DNA of 58,144 bases from Candidatus Dormiibacterota bacterium. Its GTDB lineage: Bacteria > Chloroflexota > Dormibacteria > Aeolococcales > Aeolococcaceae. Of the stretch, positions 51,317 to 58,144 are shown in pieces. The notes under the pieces are model-generated. The model did not search any database. It was not told the DNA's origin and was given only the letters and a program-made list of their open reading frames with translations. Location of the stretch: positions 1 to 58,144 of the forward strand of contig DATBCJ010000064.1 in assembly GCA_036270565.1 (NCBI GenBank). The letters run 5' to 3'. The translations under genes and the position numbers were made by a program. Positions within the stretch are counted from its first letter, which is position 1; the number at the start of each line of letters is the position of its first letter.

Positions 51317-52915
51317 ATGCCCGCCGATGACCTGACCGCCGAACGCAGACGGAAGCTCGATGAGCTGGGCAAGCTCGGGGTCCCCGCCTACAACGTCGAT
51401 TTCTCGCCCACCGACAATCTCGATGGTGCCCGTCGCGCGCTGGCGACCTTCGAAGCCGCGCCGGCTCTGCCAACCGCCGGCGCCCCCGCCGCCGAGGGGC
51501 CCGAGGTGCGCGTCGCCGGACGGGTGATGCAGTACCGCAACCAGGGCAGGAGCCGCTGGCTGGACATCGAGGACGAGGGCGAGCGCCTCCAGGTCTGGAT
51601 GCGAAGCGATCGCCTCGGCGACGAGCAGTTCGCGATCGTCCGCCTGCTCGACCTCGGCGACATCATCGGGGTGCGTGGCCACGTGATGCGTACCCAGAAG
51701 GGTGAACCGACCGTCGCCGCGGACGAGGTCACGCTGCTGGTCAAGGCGCTGCAGCCGCCTCCCGAGAAGTACCACGGTCTCCAGGACCAGGAGACCAGGT
51801 ATCGCAAGCGCTACCTCGACCTGCTCAGCAGCGTCGAGCAGCGCCGCCACTTCGCCGCGCGCAGCGTGGTGGTGCGGTCATTGCGGCGCACGCTGGACAA
51901 TCGCGGGTTCCTGGAGGTGGAGACACCGATCCTGCAGCCGATTCCCGGTGGCGGCCACGCGCGCCCATTTGTGACTCACTGGAACGCGCTGCACACCGAC
52001 GTGTACCTGCGCATCGCCATCGAGCTCCACCTCAAGCGCTTGCTCGTCGGCGGCTACCGCCGCGTGTACGAGATGGGCCGCGTGTTTCGCAACGAGGGTC
52101 TCTCACCGCGGCACAACCCCGAGTTCACCATGCTCGAGGTGTATGAGGCGTACACCGACTACAGCGGGATGCGCGCGCTGACGGAGGCGCTGATCGTCGA
52201 CGCCGCCGCCGCGCTCGGGCCCCAGCGTGCCCCCGATGACGGCGGTGGAAACGTCCCCTGCGACGATCCGCTGCGACGCACGTACGGTGGCCTCGAGCTA
52301 CTGCTCGCCCCGCCCTTCCGCACCGCGCGCATGGTCGACCTGGTCGCACAGGCATGCGCATTCGACCCGCTCGACGAGTGGGACGACCTTCCCGGTCGCG
52401 CCGCCGCGTTGGGCGTGCAGCTCCCGCCCGGTGCGGGACCGGGCACCGCCCTGTTCGAGATCTACGAGCAGCGCGTCGAGGCCGACCTCTGGGACCCGAC
52501 CTTCGTTCTCGACTACCCCGCGGAGGTCTCGCCGCTGGCGCGGCGTCGCGCCGACGACCACCGCTTCGTTGAACGCTTCGAGCTGGTTGTCGCGGGTCGC
52601 GAGCTGGTCAACGCCTTCAGTGAGCTCAACGACCCCATCGACCAGCGCCGTCGTTTCGAGGAACAGGCTGCCCTCCGCGCCGCCGGTGACGAGGAGGCCT
52701 TCCACATCGACGACGATTTCCTCGAGGCCATCGAGGTGGGCATGCCCCCGGCGGGGGGTCTCGGCGTCGGCGTCGATCGCCTGGTGATGCTGCTCACCGA
52801 CGCTGCCTCGATTCGTGACGTGCTGCTGTTTCCCACCATGCGCCCGCGGCGTCGCGACGACACCCACCCGGACGACGCCCACCTCTCGCCCTCGCGACGC
52901 GCAGAGGAGACGTGA
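51317..52915 (+). CDS. lysS: Lysine--tRNA ligase (class II)
   Basis: OB-fold N-domain, class-II motifs (RNEGLSPRHNPEFTMLE, ELVNAFSELNDP, GGLGVGVDRLVMLL), and a basic C-terminal tail. Confidence 0.92.
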   Translation: MPADDLTAERRRKLDELGKLGVPAYNVDFSPTDNLDGARRALATFEAAPALPTAGAPAAEGPEVRVAGRVMQYRNQGRSRWLDIEDEGERLQVWMRSDRLGDEQFAIVRLLDLGDIIGVRGHVMRTQKGEPTVAADEVTLLVKALQPPPEKYHGLQDQETRYRKRYLDLLSSVEQRRHFAARSVVVRSLRRTLDNRGFLEVETPILQPIPGGGHARPFVTHWNALHTDVYLRIAIELHLKRLLVGGYRRVYEMGRVFRNEGLSPRHNPEFTMLEVYEAYTDYSGMRALTEALIVDAAAALGPQRAPDDGGGNVPCDDPLRRTYGGLELLLAPPFRTARMVDLVAQACAFDPLDEWDDLPGRAAALGVQLPPGAGPGTALFEIYEQRVEADLWDPTFVLDYPAEVSPLARRRADDHRFVERFELVVAGRELVNAFSELNDPIDQRRRFEEQAALRAAGDEEAFHIDDDFLEAIEVGMPPAGGLGVGVDRLVMLLTDAASIRDVLLFPTMRPRRRDDTHPDDAHLSPSRRAEET

Positions 52916-52919
52916 CCGC

Positions 52920-54176
52920 GTGATCCCACTGCAGCGGCTTCGCGACAGCCCTGACCTCTTCCGCGACGGGGCGCGGCTCAAGGGCGAGGACGCGCCCATC
53001 GACGAGATCCTCGAGCTGGATGAGCGAGCGCGCCGGCTGCGCGCGGAGGTTGAGAGCCTGCGCGCCGAGCAGAGGCGTGCGTCGGTGGAGATCCGTGGTG
53101 CGCCCGGCGAACAGCAGCGGGCGGCGCTCGGACAGCTGAAGCAGCGCATCCAGAGTGGCGAGGCACAGCTGACCGAGCTCGATGCGCGCATCGAGGGTCT
53201 GCTCCTGTACGTGCCCAACCCGCCGCACGAATCGGTGCCGCACGGAAGCGATGAGAGTGGCAACGTCGTGGTGCGCACCTGGGGTGACCCCGCGCAGTTC
53301 GACTTCGAGCCCCGCTCGCACCTTGACCTGGGCGAGGCCCTCGGTCTTTTCGACTTCGAGCGCGCGGTCAAGCTCAGCGGCTCGCGTTTCGCGGTGCTGC
53401 GAGGTGCCGGCGCGCAGCTGCAGCGCGCCCTGGGAACTCTCTTCCTCGACATCGCCACCCGCGAGCACGGATACAGCGAGGTTGCGCCGCCGTACCTGGT
53501 GCGTAGGGAGTCGATGGTCGGCGCGGCGCAGCTGCCGAAATTCGAGGACCAGGCGTACAAGACGGATGACGGCCTCTTTCTCATCCCCACCGCCGAGGTC
53601 CCGGTCACCAACCTCTATAGGGACGAGATCCTCGATGCCTCCCTGCTCCCGATCGCCCACGCCGCGCTCACCCCCTGCTGGCGGCGCGAGGCGGGCGCCG
53701 CGGGCAAGGACACACGGGGCTACATCCGCATGCACCAGTTCGACAAGGTCGAGATGGTCCGTTTCACGACACCCGAGCGGTCGCTCGAGGATCTCGAACT
53801 GCTCACCGGCCACGCCGAGACAGTCCTCCAGCGCCTCGGCATCGCCTATCGCGTGCTGTTGATGTGCACCGGCGACATGGGCTTCGCACAGTGGAAGAAG
53901 TACGACCTCGAAGCCTGGGCCCCGGGGATGAAGCGGTGGCTCGAGGTTTCTTCGTGCAGCGTGTTCGGCGACTTCCAGGCTCGGCGCGCGGGGATCCGCT
54001 ACCGGCCGGCGGCGGGGGAGCGGCCGCAGTTCGTCCACACATTGAACGGCAGCGGCCTGGCCGTGCCGCGCACCCTCGACGCCGTCCTCGAGACCTACCA
54101 GCAGGCGGACGGCAGCGTGCTGGTCCCCGACGCCCTGCGTCCCTACATGCACGGCCTGGAGCGAATCGGCGGATGA
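52920..54176 (+). CDS. serS: Serine--tRNA ligase
   Basis: N-terminal coiled-coil arm, then class-II core (RREAGAAGKDTRGYIRMHQFDKVEM, TLNGSGLAVPRTL). GTG 52920 lies behind GAGGAG. Confidence 0.92.
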   Translation: MIPLQRLRDSPDLFRDGARLKGEDAPIDEILELDERARRLRAEVESLRAEQRRASVEIRGAPGEQQRAALGQLKQRIQSGEAQLTELDARIEGLLLYVPNPPHESVPHGSDESGNVVVRTWGDPAQFDFEPRSHLDLGEALGLFDFERAVKLSGSRFAVLRGAGAQLQRALGTLFLDIATREHGYSEVAPPYLVRRESMVGAAQLPKFEDQAYKTDDGLFLIPTAEVPVTNLYRDEILDASLLPIAHAALTPCWRREAGAAGKDTRGYIRMHQFDKVEMVRFTTPERSLEDLELLTGHAETVLQRLGIAYRVLLMCTGDMGFAQWKKYDLEAWAPGMKRWLEVSSCSVFGDFQARRAGIRYRPAAGERPQFVHTLNGSGLAVPRTLDAVLETYQQADGSVLVPDALRPYMHGLERIGG

Positions 54177-54667
54177 CCCAACCGCGCGCTCAACCGCTGG
54201 ACGCGTCGTGGTTGAACGACAGCACCGAGTACCAGCTCAACTTCATCCACGGGCTGCGCAACCCGACGGGTCTCCACCTCCAGTACCACCTCGACGGCGA
54301 CCACGTGGTCACCACCTGGACACCGGCTGAGGATCACGCCGGGTTCCCTGGGCTCGTCCACGGCGGCCTCATCGCCGCCGTGCTCGACGACGTGATGGGA
54401 CGGTGCTCGGTGCTGCAGCGGCGCTGGGTCGTGACCGGCAGGATGGAGACGCGCTATCGCGAGGGCGCGCCGATCGGCGCACCGCTGCGCATCGAGGGCT
54501 GGACCACGAGGTTCACGCGCCGTGTGATGCAAGCGGAGGCGTCGATGACGCTCGCCAGCGGTGCCGTGGTGGCGCAGGCCAGCGGTACGTACCTGCCCGT
54601 GCCGCGCGCGATGCTTGCACGGATGGTCGAGTCCTGGCCCGGCTTCGCGGAGTACGTGGGCGACTGA
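54173..54667 (+). CDS. PaaI-family (hotdog-fold) thioesterase
   Basis: GLVHGGLIAAVLDDVMG motif. ATGA overlap with the serS stop. Confidence 0.75.
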   Translation: MTQPRAQPLDASWLNDSTEYQLNFIHGLRNPTGLHLQYHLDGDHVVTTWTPAEDHAGFPGLVHGGLIAAVLDDVMGRCSVLQRRWVVTGRMETRYREGAPIGAPLRIEGWTTRFTRRVMQAEASMTLASGAVVAQASGTYLPVPRAMLARMVESWPGFAEYVGD

Positions 54668-54677
54668 GGGCCGCGCG

Positions 54678-55280
54678 GTGGACGGTGTCGAGGAGCGCGA
54701 GGTCAAGATGGCCGTTCCCAGTGGTTTCGTGATGCCGCAGATCGATGCGCTCGCCGGCGTGACGGTCACCGACCGGGGCGACGAGCTCCTGCACGCGGTC
54801 TACTGGGACAGCGGCGACCTCGCCCTGGCCCGCGCCGGGATCGGGGTCCGGCATCGCAACGGGGTGTGGACGTTCAAGGGCCGGTCGCGTCGCGACGGCG
54901 ACGCCGTGGTTCGTGAGGAGCTCGAGCTCCCCGGCGACGCCGACCACCTTCCCGAGGCTTTGCGTGAGCGTCTCGCGCGATGGGCGGACGTCTCCCTGGT
55001 GCATCCCATCGCCGAGCTGCGCGCCCTGCGGCACACCCTTGATGTCTCCGACGAGATCCACTTCGCGGAGGTCGTGCACGATCGGGTCAGCGTGCGCGAC
55101 GGCGCCGATGAGCGCGGACGTTTCGAGGAGGTGGAGGTGGAGTACCCGACGGCGAGCGCGCCGCTCGCTGACCGCGTGGTGACGTTGTTCGTCGACAACG
55201 GGGCCACAATTGACGGCACCGCCAAATACGTGCGCGCGCTCCGCTTTCTCGGCCATGACCCTCCCGAGGTGACCGCGTGA
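54678..55280 (+). CDS. CYTH-domain (triphosphate tunnel metalloenzyme) protein
   Basis: N-terminal ExExK signature (EREVKM) and alternating charged beta-strand pattern (RHRNGVWTFK, EELELP, FEEVEVE). Start is GTG 54678 or ATG 54708. Confidence 0.7.
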   Translation: MDGVEEREVKMAVPSGFVMPQIDALAGVTVTDRGDELLHAVYWDSGDLALARAGIGVRHRNGVWTFKGRSRRDGDAVVREELELPGDADHLPEALRERLARWADVSLVHPIAELRALRHTLDVSDEIHFAEVVHDRVSVRDGADERGRFEEVEVEYPTASAPLADRVVTLFVDNGATIDGTAKYVRALRFLGHDPPEVTA

Positions 55281-56473
55281 CCGGGCCGGTGGCGGGCCTG
55301 CCGGTCTGGGGCACTCCCGAGCCCCTGGCTGCCCCGGGGGTTCTGCCACTCCGCGCCGACGTGGTCATCGTGGGAGGCGGCATCACCGGGGTGGCGCTGC
55401 TCGACGTCCTCCGAGAGGAGGACATCGACGCCATCCTGCTGGAACGCGAGCACGTCGCCGCCGGCGCCAGCGGCCGCAATGCCGGGTTCCTGCTCACCGG
55501 GGTGGCCGAGAACTACGCACGTGCGGCCGCGCTCCACGGGCGGGATATCGCAGCCGCCGTCTGGGAATTCACCGCTGAGAACCACGCGCTGACCGCCGCC
55601 TACGCGGCTCGGCTGAACGCCGGCTACCGCCGCCGGGGCAGCATGACGGTGGCGCTCGACGGCGATGAGGCGGCCAGCCTCGCGGAGGCCGCAACCATGC
55701 TCGCCGAGGACGGCCTCGCCGGCGAGCTGGTCGGGCCGAGCGACGTTCCCGGCGGCGTTGCCGCTCTCTTCAACGCCACCGATGGCGAGGTCGACCCGCT
55801 CCGGCTGGTGCGGGGAATCGCCACGGCCAACGCTGGTCGGGTCTTCGAACATCACCCCGTTCTTGCTGTCGAGGATGGCCAGAACACGGCGGTTGTGCGG
55901 CTGGCGCGTGGCGCCATCGAGGCTGTGGCGGTGGTGCTGGCGACCAACGCGTGGACGTCGCAGCTGATCCCGTCCGTGACCATCCGGCCGGTCCGCGCCC
56001 AGATGCTGGCCAGCGCTCCCGTGCGCGGCCGCATCCCCGTCCCCGTCTACGCCGAGTGGGGTCACCGCTACTGGCGCCAGCGCGATGACGGCGTCGTGCT
56101 GGTCGGTGGTTTCCGACATCGCGCACCTGCCGAGGAGGTCGGCCTCGACGCGCTGCCGACGCGGCGCCTGCAACACCTCCTCGACGGTCAGCTGCGCGAG
56201 CTCGCCGTCGACGCCGCGGTCACCCATCGCTGGGCGGGGACCATGGGTTTCAGCGACGACGGCCTGCCGCTGGTGGGGCTGGTCCCAGGCTGCCGCCGCG
56301 TCCATGTGTGCGGTGGATACACGGGCCACGGCATGGGTTTTGCCGTCAACGCGGCCACCGCGCTGTCGCGCCGGCTGATCGATTCGGTGCCGCTGCCGGC
56401 ATGGATTGACAGTGCCCGCACCGGGGCGCTCAACCGACAGCCGAGCTCACTGTCTCCCAGGCAGGGAGGGTGA
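55277..56473 (+). CDS. FAD-dependent oxidoreductase (DAO / glycine-sarcosine oxidase-like)
   Basis: DVVIVGGGITGVA dinucleotide-binding motif, SGRNAGF, and C-terminal GGYTGHGMG. GTGA overlap with the CYTH stop. Confidence 0.8.
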   Translation: MTGPVAGLPVWGTPEPLAAPGVLPLRADVVIVGGGITGVALLDVLREEDIDAILLEREHVAAGASGRNAGFLLTGVAENYARAAALHGRDIAAAVWEFTAENHALTAAYAARLNAGYRRRGSMTVALDGDEAASLAEAATMLAEDGLAGELVGPSDVPGGVAALFNATDGEVDPLRLVRGIATANAGRVFEHHPVLAVEDGQNTAVVRLARGAIEAVAVVLATNAWTSQLIPSVTIRPVRAQMLASAPVRGRIPVPVYAEWGHRYWRQRDDGVVLVGGFRHRAPAEEVGLDALPTRRLQHLLDGQLRELAVDAAVTHRWAGTMGFSDDGLPLVGLVPGCRRVHVCGGYTGHGMGFAVNAATALSRRLIDSVPLPAWIDSARTGALNRQPSSLSPRQGG

Positions 56474-57545
56474 CCACGAACGTGGCTCCGTGACCCAGCT
56501 CGGACTCGACGCGGATGGTCCCCTGGTGGGCAGCGACCACGTGGCGCGCGATTGCCAGCCCCAGCCCCGATCCCTCACCGTCGCGCCGGCGCGAGCTGTC
56601 CGCCTTCCAGAAACGCTCGAAGATGCGCGACAGCTCGTCGGACCTGATGCCGACGCCGGTGTCCACGCAGCGCAGCTCGACGATGTCGCCGACCGCCCTG
56701 GCGCTGACCGTGATGGTGCCGTTGGCGGGAGTGAACTTGACCGCGTTGTGAACGAGGTTGCGAAGCACGTGCTGCAGGTGCGGGAGGTCACCGCGGATCG
56801 GTGGGATGTCAGCTGGGACGTCGAAGACGAGGTTGATCTGCTTGTCGTCGATCAGGGGGCGCAGCCTGTCGATGGCGATGAGCAGGTCGACGACCGGGAC
56901 CAACTCGTCGGGGACGGGGAGCTGCTCACCCTCGAGCGCGCTCAGCTCGAGCAGCTCCTCCACCATCTGCGACATCTGCTCGACCTCCAGCCCGATGCGG
57001 TTGACGAATTCGTCGGCCGCCGGGGGGTCCTGGAGGGCGCCGGCGAGCAGCGTCTCGGTCATCAGGCGCATCGCCGCCAACGGGGTGCGCAGCTCGTGGG
57101 AGACGTTGCTGATGAAGTCGCGCCGCATCTTCTCGAGATGACGGACGCGGGTTTCGTCGCGCACCCACACCAGCACGCCCGGGCCGGGCCGGCTGATGCG
57201 CCGCGCTCGCACCGACAGGTCCCGCGCGGCGGTGCTCCAGCGACGCTCAACGACGTCGTCGGTGGCCTCGGCGGCGACCAGCACGCGCACCAATCGGTAG
57301 TCAGCGTGGCACTCGGCGACCACGGACCCGACCGCACCCGCGGGCAGCTCGAGGTGGCGCAGCGCGGTCGGTGAGGCGAACTGGATCACGCCTGATGAGC
57401 CGACCAGCAGCAGACCCTCCTCGGAGCCCTCCAGCACCTCGGCGAGGCCTTCGACCAGCGGCATCGACGCACGCCAATTCGCGTTGTCCACGGCCGCGAG
57501 CATAGGGCGGGCCGTCAAAGTCCTGCGTTCTGGCTCCGACGCCAT
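56430..57545 (-). CDS. Soluble PAS-like sensor histidine kinase (PhoR/SenX3-like)
   Basis: H-box FISNVSHELRTPL, N-box LRNLVHNAVKFT, G-boxes DTGVGI and GSGLGLAI. No TM segments. Start is uncertain (ATG 57545, 57503, 57587 or 57599), and none has a clear SD. No response regulator is adjacent. Confidence 0.8.
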   Translation of the reverse strand: MASEPERRTLTARPMLAAVDNANWRASMPLVEGLAEVLEGSEEGLLLVGSSGVIQFASPTALRHLELPAGAVGSVVAECHADYRLVRVLVAAEATDDVVERRWSTAARDLSVRARRISRPGPGVLVWVRDETRVRHLEKMRRDFISNVSHELRTPLAAMRLMTETLLAGALQDPPAADEFVNRIGLEVEQMSQMVEELLELSALEGEQLPVPDELVPVVDLLIAIDRLRPLIDDKQINLVFDVPADIPPIRGDLPHLQHVLRNLVHNAVKFTPANGTITVSARAVGDIVELRCVDTGVGIRSDELSRIFERFWKADSSRRRDGEGSGLGLAIARHVVAAHQGTIRVESELGHGATFVVTLPAWETVSSAVG

Positions 57546-57562
57546 TAACAGGAGCTTAACCG

Positions 57563-57584
57563 GTCGACAAAGTGTCGACAACGA
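57563..57584. promoter_or_regulatory. Tandem 11-nt direct repeat in the kinase-pstS divergent intergenic region (PHO-box-like)
   Basis: GTCGACAAAGT then GTCGACAACGA share an identical 8-nt core with exactly 11 nt periodicity. They lie 76-97 nt upstream of the pstS ATG. Confidence 0.35.
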
Positions 57585-57659
57585 CATCTGCGCCAGCATG
57601 GCCCTGTACCGGTGAAATCCGTGAAGTGCGTTGGCAATCCGGGTTCTAGGAGAGGGAAT

Positions 57660-58144
57660 ATGCCTCGATCGCGTTTGGTTGCTGCAGGCGTCGCAGTCGC
57701 CTCGCTTTTGACGCTGGCCGCCTGCGGCGACTCGACCAACACCAGCGGAGGTGGCTCGCAGGCAGCGCTGGCCACTCCCTCGCCAGTCGCCACCTGCGTC
57801 CCCGGCTCGATCAGCGCGGACGGTTCGTCGGCGATCAAGGCGCTGATCCAGAAGGCCGCCGACAACTACCAGGCACAGTGCTCCGGGGCGACCATCACGG
57901 TGGCCGCGACCAACTCCTCGACCGGGGTGACCAAGGCGGCAAGCGGCGCCGTCGACATCGGCGACAGCGACGTCCCGGCCGGGCTCGTCCAGGGCGTGGA
58001 CGCCAGCACCATCGTCGATCACCCGGTGGCCATCGTCCTGTTCGCTGTGGTGGTCAACTCCGGCGCCGGCGTCAGCAACCTGACGTCCCAGCAGATCCGC
58101 GACATCTACAGCGGCAAGGACACCAACTGGTCCCAGGTGGGCGG
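57660..58144 (+). CDS. pstS: Phosphate ABC transporter substrate-binding lipoprotein PstS (partial, runs off window)
   Basis: ATG 57660 behind AGGAGAGGG. Lipobox LTLAAC. GSISADGSSAIKALIQKAADNY...ATNSSTG...VAIVLFAVVVN...LTSQQIRDIYSGKDTNWSQVG is typical of PstS-family proteins. Absent from the ORF track because there is no stop in the window. Confidence 0.85.
   Translation, partial: MPRSRLVAAGVAVASLLTLAACGDSTNTSGGGSQAALATPSPVATCVPGSISADGSSAIKALIQKAADNYQAQCSGATITVAATNSSTGVTKAASGAVDIGDSDVPAGLVQGVDASTIVDHPVAIVLFAVVVNSGAGVSNLTSQQIRDIYSGKDTNWSQVG

Noticed and set aside
54800-56329. 509-aa minus-strand ORF over the CYTH and FAD-oxidase genes
   Set aside because: Antisense shadow ORF with no motifs. 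The plus-strand genes carry the ExExK and GxGxxG signatures.
57601-57630. GGTGAAATCC/GTGAAGTGC repeats as Streptomyces-type PHO boxes (complement TTCAC units)
   Set aside because: The two TTCAC units are spaced 9 nt rather than 11 nt, and each matches the recalled consensus only partially. The exact 11-nt GTCGACAA repeat nearby is the better candidate.

Overview
This is a visibly very GC-rich (not computed), densely coding chromosomal segment. It looks like core genome from an actinobacterium-like or Chloroflexota-like (Terrabacteria) organism. I found no transposase, integrase, CRISPR array or recognisable defence genes.

Gene content from left to right:
- fabH-accD-accA operon on the minus strand (accA is cut by the window start).
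- A roughly 10 kb respiratory island (3.8-14.2 kb). It holds a Rieske protein, split cytochrome b6, subunit IV and a three-haem cytochrome c. These are followed by small membrane ORFs, haem-copper oxidase subunits II and I, haem A synthesis genes (ctaA, ctaB), two small oxidase-type subunits, ctaG and a lipoprotein cupredoxin.
- birA and tRNA-Arg(CCG).
- An SCO1664-like kinase-fold protein, a UDG-family glycosylase and thrC.
- A DUF503 gene followed by a Ski2/HelY helicase, then fadD.
- A TetR-MFS efflux pair and a YdeI-like protein.
- An orphan ParA with a small translationally coupled partner, and an acidic-tail TPR protein.
- A membrane GAF-GGDEF-EAL protein, and a TPR gene overlapping a GH15 gene.
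- argCJBD-argR-argGH behind a clear ARG box, with no argF.
- A metallophosphoesterase and a CrtI-like oxidoreductase.
- A cNMP-binding, TetR, double-zinc-ribbon operon.
- degV, a ROK kinase, coaX, dusB and greA.
- lysS, then serS coupled to a thioesterase, a CYTH protein and an FAD oxidase.
- A soluble PhoR-like kinase divergent from pstS (cut by the window end).

Most of this is ordinary housekeeping. The most unusual content is:
1. The divergent, self-contained respiratory island: a long-insert Rieske protein, a b6-type cytochrome b with the haem-ci cysteine, a tri-haem cytochrome c, a CoxB with a Cys-flanked insertion at the CuA site, no subunit III, and an amicyanin-like lipoprotein.
2. 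The orphan ParA with a 97-aa basic-N-terminus partner.
3. A terminator and SD-sequestering hairpin directly abutting the thrC start codon.
4. A shared operator-like motif at three TetR-linked promoters.
5. A roughly 480 bp structured intergenic region upstream of greA.

All calls rest on reading the translations and the sequence by eye. No database searches were run.
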